Assembly (NCBI GenBank): GCA_024645025.1
Contig: JAHEGQ010000001.1
Span: forward strand, 22,409-75,609
Direction: 5' to 3'
Source of the DNA: Sphingomonadaceae bacterium
GTDB lineage: Bacteria; Pseudomonadota; Alphaproteobacteria; Sphingomonadales; Sphingomonadaceae
DNA length: 53,201 nt
Positions 9,543-20,226 of the stretch are shown here, one piece after another. The notes under the pieces are model-generated. The model had not been told where the DNA came from, ran no database searches, and saw only the letters and a list, made by a program, of their open reading frames with translations. Positions within the stretch are counted from its first letter, which is position 1. Each line of letters begins with the position of its first letter. The position numbers were made by a program, and so were the translations under genes.

Positions 9543-9604
9543 GGGCTTAAAAAGGCATCGGCCCGAAACTCTGATCCTGACAGCATCGGGACGATTTTCA
9601 AGAC

Positions 9605-9633
9605 TTGAATGCAAAACGTATCTGACTCATCTT
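9605..9633 (+). promoter_or_regulatory. Putative sigma70/RpoH-like promoter of a small structured transcript
   Basis: TTGAAT-N17-CATCTT. Confidence 0.5.
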
Positions 9634-9689
9634 TCCACCCGCGTCCCTCAGGGGCCGCGAGGCGCAACATAGCGAAAGGAGGTGATCCG

Positions 9690-9737
9690 ATGTCTCATGG
9701 TCAAGCTAAGAGGTCGGAAAGGGTGATCCGGGGATAG
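9690..9737 (+). CDS. Putative 15-aa basic peptide MSHGQAKRSERVIRG
   Basis: Preceded by GAAAGGAGGTGATCC (9674-9688); GGAGG lies 7 nt before the ATG. Confidence 0.5.
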   Translation: MSHGQAKRSERVIRG

Positions 9738-9826
9738 GCGCGATTGATCGCAGCCTTTGGTCTCCCCGGAACAGGAACTCGGCCATCTGGCGCAGGGTTC
9801 CCATACCTCCGGTCGCTGGCCATGCG

Positions 9827-9861
9827 GAAGGGTCGTGGCGCTTCAGGCGCTGCGGCCCTTC
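9827..9861. terminator. Hairpin between convergent small transcripts (possible bidirectional terminator)
   Basis: GAAGGGTCGTGGCGC-TTCAG-GCGCTGCGGCCCTTC, 15-bp stem with G:U pairs; weak U tail. Confidence 0.6.
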
Positions 9862-9874
9862 TCATTTGGGGCCA

Positions 9875-10081
9875 TCAGGCCTTTTCAATCCGCTCCACCG
9901 CCAAGATGTTATGCGCCACCCTTTTGCCTTCCACATGTTGCAGGGTGCCACGCTTGGGGTGCAGATTTTCCGCTGTGTGCAAAATGCGATAGCTGCGATC
10001 ATCCATCAGCAGCAGATAGACGCCCAAATCTTCGGCGAAGGACAATAAGCCGGTCAGCCGTTCATGCAGTTTAAGGGACAT
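9875..10081 (-). CDS. Small 68-aa protein, possibly a DUF5818-like small beta/OB-fold protein
   Basis: Strong SD GGGGAGG 6 nt before ATG; TGLL...L.MDD...VEGKR...IL.VERIE pattern recalled as resembling DUF5818 (unverified). Confidence 0.65.
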   Translation of the reverse strand: MSLKLHERLTGLLSFAEDLGVYLLLMDDRSYRILHTAENLHPKRGTLQHVEGKRVAHNILAVERIEKA

Positions 10082-10141
10082 TTACGCCTCCCCTGAAAAG
10101 TCTGTGGCGGTGCGCCCCCGCACATGACTTCTCTGAACCCT

Positions 10142-10233
10142 TGGTGATCGGGGAGTTAGCAAACCGACAACACGGCTCCTGAGACCTTTGGGCTGGGTAG
10201 CCTTGGACATACGCCACAGGCTCCCCGACCATA
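10142..10233 (-). ncRNA. C4-like antisense RNA
   Basis: TATGGTCGGGGAG...CCG-TGTTGT-CGG-TTTGCTAA-CTCCCCGATCACCA: long closing stem, a' loop (GTTGTC), b' bulge (TGCTA), tRNA-like ACCA end. Confidence 0.7.
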
Positions 10234-10245
10234 GGGTCAGGAAGT

Positions 10246-10318
10246 GCGGTGCTGATACGGCCAGCACCAATCCGGTTGTCAGGGCTGCTACACCCCGGAA
10301 GCCGTGCGTGGCGGCTTC
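10246..10318 (-). promoter_or_regulatory. c4-a1b1-like target leader
   Basis: Hairpin GAAGCCG-N7-CGGCTTC; hairpin GGGGT-GTAGCA-GCCCT with b1 TAGCA in the loop; a1 GACAAC; hairpin GGTGCTG-N7-CAGCACC; a1 and b1 are exact complements of a' and b'. Confidence 0.65.
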
Positions 10319-10325
10319 AAACGGG

Positions 10326-10354
10326 GTTATCGGTCAGTTCGGGCGGGGAGGCAA
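10326..10354 (-). promoter_or_regulatory. Putative sigma70 promoter for the C4-like unit
   Basis: TTGCCT-N17-GATAAC; the -35 lies in the arm of a hairpin just after the gyrB stop. Confidence 0.55.
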
Positions 10355-10382
10355 GGGGGTCCTTCCCCTTGCAGCGACGCGG

Positions 10383-13019
<2,637 letters not shown>

Positions 13020-13085
13020 CTAAGCGCGGCGAAGAATAGCCCGTTTCAGGCAGAAGCAAGGGCGCCCTCGGGACACGCGCAGGCG

Positions 13086-13115
13086 CCACCCCCTCCCGCA
13101 AACGGGAAGGGGTGG
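13086..13115 (-). terminator. Hairpin after the P450 gene
   Basis: CCACCCC.TCCCG / CGGGA.GGGGTGG inverted repeat 17 nt past the stop; no strong U tail. Confidence 0.45.
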
Positions 13116-13131
13116 ATAAGGGTGCGCCGCC

Positions 13132-14388
13132 TCAATAGCGGGTCAATTCCACCTTCATGCTCTTATAGCCATGCACGAAGCTGGCCGGCACGCGGGTTGG
13201 CTCTTCCAGCACATTCACGCGCAGGCGCCGCTTTTGCATCTCCGAAATCAGGGTGGTGAGCTGAAGCTCGGCCACACGGGCACCGACGCAGCGGTGGATG
13301 CCATAGCCAAAGGACAAATGGCGCCGGGCATTTTCACGGTCAACGATCACCTTGTCGCCTTCGGGAAAGACGCTTTCGTCACGGTTGGCTGAAATATACC
13401 ACAAAGCCAGCTTGTCGCGCTTCTTGATCTGGTGGCCGAACAGTTCTGTATCCTCGGTCGCGGTGCGGCGCATATGGGCCAGCGGGGTCTGCCAGCGGAT
13501 CAATTCGTGCATCGCATTCACGGCCAGCTCGTGATCGTGGTTCTGTTCCAGCTTCGCGCGTTCGGCGGGGAATTTGTCCAGACCATAGGCAAAGGCCGTC
13601 ATGGAATTGCGCGTCGTGTCATTGCCGCCGACGATCAGGAGGATCAGGTTCCCCATGAATTCTTCGTGGCTCATATGCTTCATCGCGTCGGACTGAAGCA
13701 TGATGGAAATCAGGTCATGCTCACCCGGGTTTTGGGCCTTTTTGTCCCAAAGCTGTTTAAAGGCACCGCCCATTTCAAACGCGGTGGCGAGCCGTTTTTG
13801 ACGCTGTTCAAGATTGCCGAAATTCTCGATATCACCCAGCATATCCGACCAATAGGTCAGCTTGTGGCGTTCCTCGAACGGGAAGTCGAACAGGATCGCA
13901 AGCATCTGGGTGGTCAGTTCGATCGAGACCTTTTCCACCCAATCAAACGCTTGGCCAACGGGCAGGCTGTCGAGCACGGCCGCCGTGCGCGCGATTGTGT
14001 CGGCGCGCATCCGCTCTACCTCGGTCGGGCCAAATGCGGGGGCAACGGTGCGGCGCTGGGCAGTGTGCTGCGGCGGGTCCATGGCGATGAACATCGGCAT
14101 CGGCACATCGCCTTCCTGCAAATGGTCAATGCCGTCACCGGCCACGGTGATGCCGCCATATTCCCAACTGGAGGAAAAGACCTTGGGCAGCGCCTCAATA
14201 TGCTGGATCGGCTTATAGGTCGTGACCGACCAATAGGGCCCAAATTTGGAATCCGGCACATAATTGATCGGGGCTTCCGCCCGCATCTGGCGAAAAGGTT
14301 CCTGCCAGACATCATTGGCGTAAAGTTCTGCGCGGGAAACATCCCACGGGTTAACCTCTGGTGCCGGGTCCTTGGGGGCGGTGGCCAT
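13132..14388 (-). CDS. Cytochrome P450, CYP153-like
   Basis: PMFIAMDPP, LLIVGGNDTTR, WQTPLAHMRR and heme motif FGYGIHRCVG. Confidence 0.93.
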   Translation of the reverse strand: MATAPKDPAPEVNPWDVSRAELYANDVWQEPFRQMRAEAPINYVPDSKFGPYWSVTTYKPIQHIEALPKVFSSSWEYGGITVAGDGIDHLQEGDVPMPMFIAMDPPQHTAQRRTVAPAFGPTEVERMRADTIARTAAVLDSLPVGQAFDWVEKVSIELTTQMLAILFDFPFEERHKLTYWSDMLGDIENFGNLEQRQKRLATAFEMGGAFKQLWDKKAQNPGEHDLISIMLQSDAMKHMSHEEFMGNLILLIVGGNDTTRNSMTAFAYGLDKFPAERAKLEQNHDHELAVNAMHELIRWQTPLAHMRRTATEDTELFGHQIKKRDKLALWYISANRDESVFPEGDKVIVDRENARRHLSFGYGIHRCVGARVAELQLTTLISEMQKRRLRVNVLEEPTRVPASFVHGYKSMKVELTRY

Positions 14389-14435
14389 GGCAGTATCCTC
14401 TCGATTTTTCTGAGTCTGGTTGCAATCTGCCACTG

Positions 14436-14451
14436 TTTACATTTGTGTCAA
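14436..14451 (-). promoter_or_regulatory. Palindromic operator overlapping the -35 of the P450 promoter
   Basis: Minus strand TTGACA-CAAA-TGTAAA near-palindrome. Confidence 0.5.
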
Positions 14452-14544
14452 TGAGGATTCCGTCAACAGGCTTGTCCCTGCGACGAATGGGATTGCTGGC
14501 GCAGCGGTGGCGCGACTGCCGTTGCCATGTTAGCAAATGATGCC

Positions 14545-15603
14545 ATGTCCACTCAGCCCGCCCTTGCAAAAGACCTGACCAGCGCCGCGATCAAGGCAGA
14601 GGCGGCGCGGTTGGGCTTTGCCGCCTGTGGGGTGACAACGGCCGCGCATGACTTTTCAGACCGGCTGGCGGAATGGCTGGATTTGGGCGCCCATGGCGAC
14701 ATGGCGTGGATGGCCGACCGGGCAGATCAGCGCGCCGGGCCGCAGCGCCTTTGGCCCGAGGCCCGGTCCGCCATCATGCTGGGGATGAGCTATGCGCCCG
14801 CGATCAATCCGCTGGCCTTGGCAGAGGTGCGCGACCGGGGGCGCATTTCCGTTTACGCGCAGGGGCAGGATTATCACGATGTCGTCAAAAAGGCGCTGAA
14901 AGCGCTGGCGCGGTGGATGGTCGATCAGTCGGGCTGCGCTCTCAAGGTCTTTGTTGATACCGCCCCCGTGATGGAAAAGCCGTTGGCCGGTGCCGCCGGT
15001 CTGGGCTGGCAGGGCAAGCACAGCAACCTTGTCAGCCGGGACCATGGCAGCTGGCTGTTTTTAGGCGCGATTTACACCAACCTTGTGCTGGATCCCGATG
15101 CGGCAGAAGCCGATCATTGCGGGCGCTGTACGGCCTGCCACACGGCCTGCCCGACAGATGCCTTTATCGCGCCCTATCGGCTCGATGCGCGGCGCTGCAT
15201 TTCCTATCTGACGATCGAACATAAAGGGCCGATCCCGCATGAATTTCGGCAGGCCATCGGCAATCGCATCTATGGGTGCGACGATTGTCTGGCCGTGTGC
15301 CCATGGAACAAATTCGCCAAGGCGGCATCCGCCAACCGGGCCTTTGCGCCGCGTGCCGAACTTGCAGCCCCCCGATTGTCGGATTTACTCACCTTAACCG
15401 ATTCCGATTTCCGCCGCGTTTTTTCCGGCTCTCCCATTAAGCGCATTGGCCGGGACAGGATGGTCCGCAACGCAGCCATTGCCGCTGGCAATAGCGGCGA
15501 CACCCAGCTGGTGCCGGCACTTCAACGCCTGTTGCAGGATCCGTCAGATGTCGTGCGCGAGGCAGCGGGTTGGGCGCTGGATCACCTCACCGCCGCGCCC
15601 TAA
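14545..15603 (+). CDS. queG: tRNA epoxyqueuosine(34) reductase
   Basis: [39 protein letters not shown] and [13 protein letters not shown] motifs; C-terminal HEAT repeat. Confidence 0.95.
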   Translation: MSTQPALAKDLTSAAIKAEAARLGFAACGVTTAAHDFSDRLAEWLDLGAHGDMAWMADRADQRAGPQRLWPEARSAIMLGMSYAPAINPLALAEVRDRGRISVYAQGQDYHDVVKKALKALARWMVDQSGCALKVFVDTAPVMEKPLAGAAGLGWQGKHSNLVSRDHGSWLFLGAIYTNLVLDPDAAEADHCGRCTACHTACPTDAFIAPYRLDARRCISYLTIEHKGPIPHEFRQAIGNRIYGCDDCLAVCPWNKFAKAASANRAFAPRAELAAPRLSDLLTLTDSDFRRVFSGSPIKRIGRDRMVRNAAIAAGNSGDTQLVPALQRLLQDPSDVVREAAGWALDHLTAAP

Positions 15604-15958
15604 GGGCTGCGATGCAACTGTTGCGTTCGGCCTCTCGCCCATCCAGCACGCGGGCGGTGATATAGGTCGCAACCGGTATCTGTCCCGCAGCCGGCGGATA
15701 GAGATAAACATCCAGAATGCAGGAGGCGCTGGAAAATTGCAGCCGTTGCGCAGGGCCTTCGCGGACATCGATCGCCGGCGGGCCCAGCACAAGGGCAATG
15801 GACCGGGCATCTTTGCCCAAGATACGATCCAGCTCTGCCACTGGGCGTGCCACATCTGCGGCTTGGCCCGCCGTCGTCGCCAGCCACAGCGTCACCATGA
15901 GGTATGCAAGAACGCGAAGCATGGCGGGTCGTTTGGCGCTGCGGTCGCGCATGGTCAA
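15587..15958 (-). CDS. Hypothetical exported protein
   Basis: Signal-like segment; REGPA..LQF...CILDVYLY; ATGA overlap with the upstream PLD gene; true start may be further downstream. Confidence 0.65.
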   Translation of the reverse strand: MTMRDRSAKRPAMLRVLAYLMVTLWLATTAGQAADVARPVAELDRILGKDARSIALVLGPPAIDVREGPAQRLQFSSASCILDVYLYPPAAGQIPVATYITARVLDGREAERNSCIAALRARR

Positions 15959-17160
15959 TGGCTCTTTCCGCCCAGCCCCATCGACCGCCAGCGCCGCTTG
16001 TCTGGGCCAATATTGAAGCGGCGAGTGATCGTGTAATCAATGGAGGTGAAAAGGAAGTAAGCCAGAAACCACCGCAGGCGTCGGAAGGGGCCGGACACCC
16101 GCTTCAGCCAGGTTCGGTCAATCTTCTGGCAATGCCGCAATTGCGATTGGCAAAAGCGGTGCAGCTGATCGGCAAAGCTGGCATCTTCGATCCGCAGCAT
16201 GATCTCGACATTCAGGAAAATACTACGTGTATCGTAATTGGCGGAGCCAATATAAACGACGTCTTCGGCGACAATCAGCTTCATGTGAAGCCGGGCCGGG
16301 CGATATTCATACAAGCTGGCCCCATTGCGCAACAGCCGACCATAGCAATGTCGGGCCGCGCCGATGGTGGTCAGATTATCGGATTGGGCGGCCGTAATCA
16401 GGCGCAGCCGACCGCGTCGGGCGATCCGGGCAAGGCGGCGCAGAAACGTAAAGTCCGGCGCAAAATAGGCCTGCACCATATCGACCCGGCTGGCCGAATC
16501 CAGATCCGTCCGCAAGGCCCGCGCCAGCGGGTTCAACCGCTCAAAGGGGCCACCCATGATCCAACGCAACGGCCCATTTGGGGTGCTGGCAGAAGCAAGG
16601 AGACCTTGAAGGCGCCGGATCCCTTGTCGGCGCGTGCCCATCCAGACCAGCAGGGCATCGAAATAGCTTTCCAGCCGGGCAACCTGTGGCCCTTGCACAA
16701 TTAGGACAAGGTCGTGCCAAGGCGCGATGCCGCCGATGGTCCAGAAATAGGCCTCGGCAATATTTGCGCCGCCAATCAGGGCCGTCGCGCCGTCGGCCAG
16801 CGCCATTTTTTGGTGATTGCGCAGCAAATAGCGGCGGCCCTTATGCGGTAAAAAGCGTTCCACCCGCGCACCTGCTGCACGCAAGGGGGCCAGAAAAAGA
16901 TCGGGCAGGTGATTGCTGCCAAAGCCATCGACGACCAGCGTCACGGCGACGCCGCGTTGACAGGCAAGGATGAGATGTTGGCGAACCAAAATGCCCGCCG
17001 CATCATCTGCAAAGATATAATAGAACAGCTTCAAGCGCTGCCGTGCGCCGTCAATCAGCCGAAGCAGGGCCAATAGGCGTGTTTCCGGCGCCACAATCAG
17101 GCTGAGATCATGGCCATCCACCTTGGCGGTGATTTCTGGGGCGGGCAAGGGCGCGGTCAC
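15955..17160 (-). CDS. Cardiolipin synthase-like phospholipase D family protein
   Basis: RNHQKMALAD (HKD1), LHMKLIVAED (HKD2 variant) and GSANYD.RS. Confidence 0.88.
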   Translation of the reverse strand: MTAPLPAPEITAKVDGHDLSLIVAPETRLLALLRLIDGARQRLKLFYYIFADDAAGILVRQHLILACQRGVAVTLVVDGFGSNHLPDLFLAPLRAAGARVERFLPHKGRRYLLRNHQKMALADGATALIGGANIAEAYFWTIGGIAPWHDLVLIVQGPQVARLESYFDALLVWMGTRRQGIRRLQGLLASASTPNGPLRWIMGGPFERLNPLARALRTDLDSASRVDMVQAYFAPDFTFLRRLARIARRGRLRLITAAQSDNLTTIGAARHCYGRLLRNGASLYEYRPARLHMKLIVAEDVVYIGSANYDTRSIFLNVEIMLRIEDASFADQLHRFCQSQLRHCQKIDRTWLKRVSGPFRRLRWFLAYFLFTSIDYTITRRFNIGPDKRRWRSMGLGGKSH

Positions 17161-17248
17161 TTGCCTTTAAGGCCAAATTCTTGACAGAAGTGCAAGCGGC
17201 TGTTACCGCGCCGTCTTTCCCGAATTGCCGTAGGAATGGAGACGCCCC

Positions 17249-17590
17249 ATGGCGCGCGTGACTGTTGAAGATTGCGTCGACAAGGTTTCGAACCGCTTTG
17301 ATCTGGTTCTGGTCGCAGCCCAGCGGGCCCGTCAGATTTCGGGTGGCGCTGAACTGACGCTGGACCGTGATCGGGATAAGAACCCGGTCGTTGCGCTTCG
17401 GGAGATCGCGGAAGAAACGGTTCGTCCCGATGATTTGCAAGAAGCCATTGTGGGTGGCCTTCAGCGCGTCCGCATCGACGATGAGGTTGCTTCCGATGAA
17501 ATGACCTCGTTGACGAGTGCCGCCGAGGCGCTGCGTCTGACGGCTGCGGCCCCGCCGCGCAATCAGAATTTGGGCGGCGACTACGACTAA
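17249..17590 (+). CDS. rpoZ: RNA polymerase omega subunit
   Basis: [28 protein letters not shown]; TTGACA-N17 promoter at 17181. Confidence 0.97.
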   Translation: MARVTVEDCVDKVSNRFDLVLVAAQRARQISGGAELTLDRDRDKNPVVALREIAEETVRPDDLQEAIVGGLQRVRIDDEVASDEMTSLTSAAEALRLTAAAPPRNQNLGGDYD

Positions 17591-17607
17591 GGCATTGCCC
17601 AACTGTT

Positions 17608-17647
17608 AAAAAAGGCCCGGCTGCTGGTGCAGACCGGGCCTTTTTTA
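17608..17647. terminator. Bidirectional intrinsic terminator
   Basis: AAAAAAGGCCCGG...CCGGGCCTTTTTTT between convergent genes. Confidence 0.88.
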
Positions 17648-17674
17648 TATCGGGCGTTTGGGTGTGTGCGATAA

Positions 17675-18163
17675 TCAGGCCACGACGTGAAGGCGTGGTG
17701 ATTCCAAAGGCGTGATTTCGTGGGCGTGCTTCCAGCACATATCGCCCAACTGCAATTCGCGCCCGTCATGCGCCAAAATGGCGACGCGACGGATCGGCTG
17801 GTTGTCGCGCTTGTCGACAAGGACAGGGGTGGAGGGAACACCGGTTTCCCAGACTTCACCCCATTGGCGCAGCGCCAGCATGGCGGGCAACAAAGCGGCC
17901 CCTTTTTCGGTCAGCCGATATTCGATCTTGCGGCGATCATCCGGCATAGGCTCGCGCGCAAGGATGCCATGATCGACCAGTCGGCCAAGGCGATTGGCCA
18001 GAATGTTCCGGGCGATGCCCAGCGTCGACTGAAACTCTTCAAAATGATGCAGGCCGTTAAAGGCCGCCCGCAGGATCAGAAACGACCAGCGTTCGCCCAT
18101 CGATTCAAGTGCTGCCGGCAGGCCGCAATCGATATTGGACAGATCTTCCTTCAGGTCGCCCAT
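17675..18163 (-). CDS. HxlR-family winged-helix regulator
   Basis: C...ALE..GERWSFLILR...EYRLTEKG...ALRQWG; N-terminal Cys. Confidence 0.88.
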   Translation of the reverse strand: MGDLKEDLSNIDCGLPAALESMGERWSFLILRAAFNGLHHFEEFQSTLGIARNILANRLGRLVDHGILAREPMPDDRRKIEYRLTEKGAALLPAMLALRQWGEVWETGVPSTPVLVDKRDNQPIRRVAILAHDGRELQLGDMCWKHAHEITPLESPRLHVVA

Positions 18164-18313
18164 TGACGTTTCGCCTTTCAATCCCACCTAACGTCCCGCA
18201 GGTTAACCGATTTCCTGATAGACGTAAAATAATTTAAGTTTTGAGTTGCAACTTGCAATCTAAATTGATAGGTAGTGATTCGCAACTTAAAAAAGACCGA
18301 AAGGACCTCCCCC

Positions 18314-18631
18314 ATGCGTACCCTCATCGCACTTGCAGCGCTTGCAACTTCCGCCACGCTTTTTGCGGGCTCCGCGACCGATGCTTTTGCCCAAGGGCCG
18401 GCCTATCGGCTGGTACCGGTGGCGGCCAGCACAGCCCCCAACAGCTTTGTCGCGCGTGAAACCCTTTGGAAGTGCGCGGGCGATGCCTGTGTTGCGACCA
18501 AGGCCACAAGCCGTCCTGAAGTGGTGTGTGCAGCGGCCGTGCGTGAAGTTGGCAAGGTTTCTGCCTTTACCGCCAATGGTCAGGACTTCACGGCTGAACA
18601 GCTGGAAAAGTGCAACGCCAAGGCGCGCTAA
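18314..18631 (+). CDS. Small exported protein (CC_3452-like)
   Basis: Signal peptide, four Cys, WKCAGDAC and C-terminal LEKCNAKAR; SD AAGGA. Confidence 0.75.
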   Translation: MRTLIALAALATSATLFAGSATDAFAQGPAYRLVPVAASTAPNSFVARETLWKCAGDACVATKATSRPEVVCAAAVREVGKVSAFTANGQDFTAEQLEKCNAKAR

Positions 18632-18688
18632 AACACCGAACAGACAAGTTCCGCCCGTCGACACTCCCATCTTTCTTCGGGCAACAAG

Positions 18689-18725
18689 ACAGCCGCACGG
18701 TCATCCCCCGTGCGGCTGTTTTTTT
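18689..18725 (+). terminator. Intrinsic terminator
   Basis: ACAGCCGCACGG-N7-CCGTGCGGCTGT followed by a T run. Confidence 0.85.
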
Positions 18726-18727
18726 GT

Positions 18728-19588
18728 TTAGAAGGCGCTTTCGCGCTGCCAATAGGTGAGAATGTATTTCTCGCCGGCCTCCACTGGCATTCCACCATGA
18801 AGGCTATGCGCCAAACAGTCATTTTTTGCGTCCACATTGTGGAACAGGATGGCGGTTCCCGGTCTTGGGAAAAAGGTGAGGCCCGCCAGTGGAAAGGCTG
18901 TGCCGCCGCCCTTGTCCGGCGCCTTCAGATACACCAGAACCGTGCCGACCCGTTGTCCGCCGAGCTCTTTATTCTTCCTGCCGCCAACGGTGTCGTAAAA
19001 AGCATCATAATGCGGGCGATATTCCTCGCCAGGCTGATAGCGCAACATCTGCAGACGCTCCCCATTTTCGACTGGCCATTGGGTCAATCGGGCCAAGCGA
19101 TCTTCAATCCGCTGGATCAGGTCTCCGCCCCGCCGCGCGAAGGCCATGCCTGTGCTCGTGCGTTCGGGATGAACCATTGAATCACTGCCTTCATCGTCCA
19201 CCACGTCCGATCGGGACAATCCTTCGGCATGGCCCAGATCGATCAACGCTGCACATTCAGACGGGGTCAGCACATTTTCGCAGACCGCGATGGCGGGCAA
19301 AAGGCTTTGAAAGCTAACGCGGATCGGGTGACCGTCGAGGTCAATATTGCCAATGGGGGGAAGATAGGGGCGGCAGCGCGCAGCGTCATCCAAGCCCAGA
19401 ATGCGCCGCGCAATGGCGATGGCTTCTTGGGCCAGTGCGGGTGTCCAACCGGCCTCAACCATCTGAGCGCGAAGGACTTCAATGGCCGTGCCGGCGGACA
19501 TATTGGTGATCAGCCAGTCTCGCCAGTCTCCCCCGCAGGTGTCCAGAATGGCGATATCTTGTGCAGAAATCACTGGTGCAGCAGCCAT
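18728..19588 (-). CDS. 2OG-Fe(II) oxygenase, prolyl 4-hydroxylase-like
   Basis: RTSTG, E.LQMLRY, PHYD (HxD), GGQRVGT.LVYL, GGGT.FP and SLHGG.PV..GEK motifs. Confidence 0.87.
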   Translation of the reverse strand: MAAAPVISAQDIAILDTCGGDWRDWLITNMSAGTAIEVLRAQMVEAGWTPALAQEAIAIARRILGLDDAARCRPYLPPIGNIDLDGHPIRVSFQSLLPAIAVCENVLTPSECAALIDLGHAEGLSRSDVVDDEGSDSMVHPERTSTGMAFARRGGDLIQRIEDRLARLTQWPVENGERLQMLRYQPGEEYRPHYDAFYDTVGGRKNKELGGQRVGTVLVYLKAPDKGGGTAFPLAGLTFFPRPGTAILFHNVDAKNDCLAHSLHGGMPVEAGEKYILTYWQRESAF

Positions 19589-19761
19589 AGGTCAAAAGCT
19601 CCGAAAGGCGGCCCTGTGACGGGGCGCGTTCATTACATTGCCAAATGGTGCGTAAACCAAAACCGATAAGAAAATGTTAATGTGTCGCCATTCGGATAAC
19701 GACACCGCAGGGCGCGGGCTTGGACGTCAATGTGGCGGGCCGATGCCGGGTTGTGCGCCCG

Positions 19762-20223
19762 TTACAGCGATAGGTCACCGCGGCGGACGATATCGGCGCG
19801 CGCATCAAAAGCGGTGAACCTCTCCCGAACACTCTGAGGCAGCGGCTTTGGCCGATGGGTATCCAGGTCCACATGGACGTGAACCTCGCGGATAATGGCA
19901 CGCAGATCGTCCCGCGCGTCGCCCGCGCCATGAATTTCCATCAATATGGTCATCGACGTCGTGCCAAATCGTTCTGTTCGACACCAGATGTCGATCAGCT
20001 CGTCGGGCTTGATCGGCTTTTTGTAATCCACTTCGGCATGGGCCACATGGAAATCCATCGGTCCTGCCGCATTGGGATTTCGAAAATCAACCGCGCGCCA
20101 ATATTCCGTCAGGCCAAGATCGCCATAATCGAGATAGCGGGCATTAAAGACCACATTTTGCGGATCCACTTCGGACCAGCGCACACGAAAGCGATAGCAA
20201 AAGGCAAACCCCGCCTCGGGCAT
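19762..20223 (-). CDS. Acyl-CoA thioesterase (4HBT/YbgC family)
   Basis: RVRWSEVDPQNVVFNARY hotdog-fold motif. Confidence 0.85.
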   Translation of the reverse strand: MPEAGFAFCYRFRVRWSEVDPQNVVFNARYLDYGDLGLTEYWRAVDFRNPNAAGPMDFHVAHAEVDYKKPIKPDELIDIWCRTERFGTTSMTILMEIHGAGDARDDLRAIIREVHVHVDLDTHRPKPLPQSVRERFTAFDARADIVRRGDLSL

Positions 20224-20226
20224 GCG

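Noticed and set aside
9674-9688. Possible 16S rRNA gene fragment
   Set aside because: The match stops after 15 nt; the expected continuation (AGCCGCAGG) is absent.
10082-10270. 62-aa ORF through the C4-like RNA (Ash-like reading)
   Set aside because: TTG start without an SD; the sequence is better explained by RNA structure.
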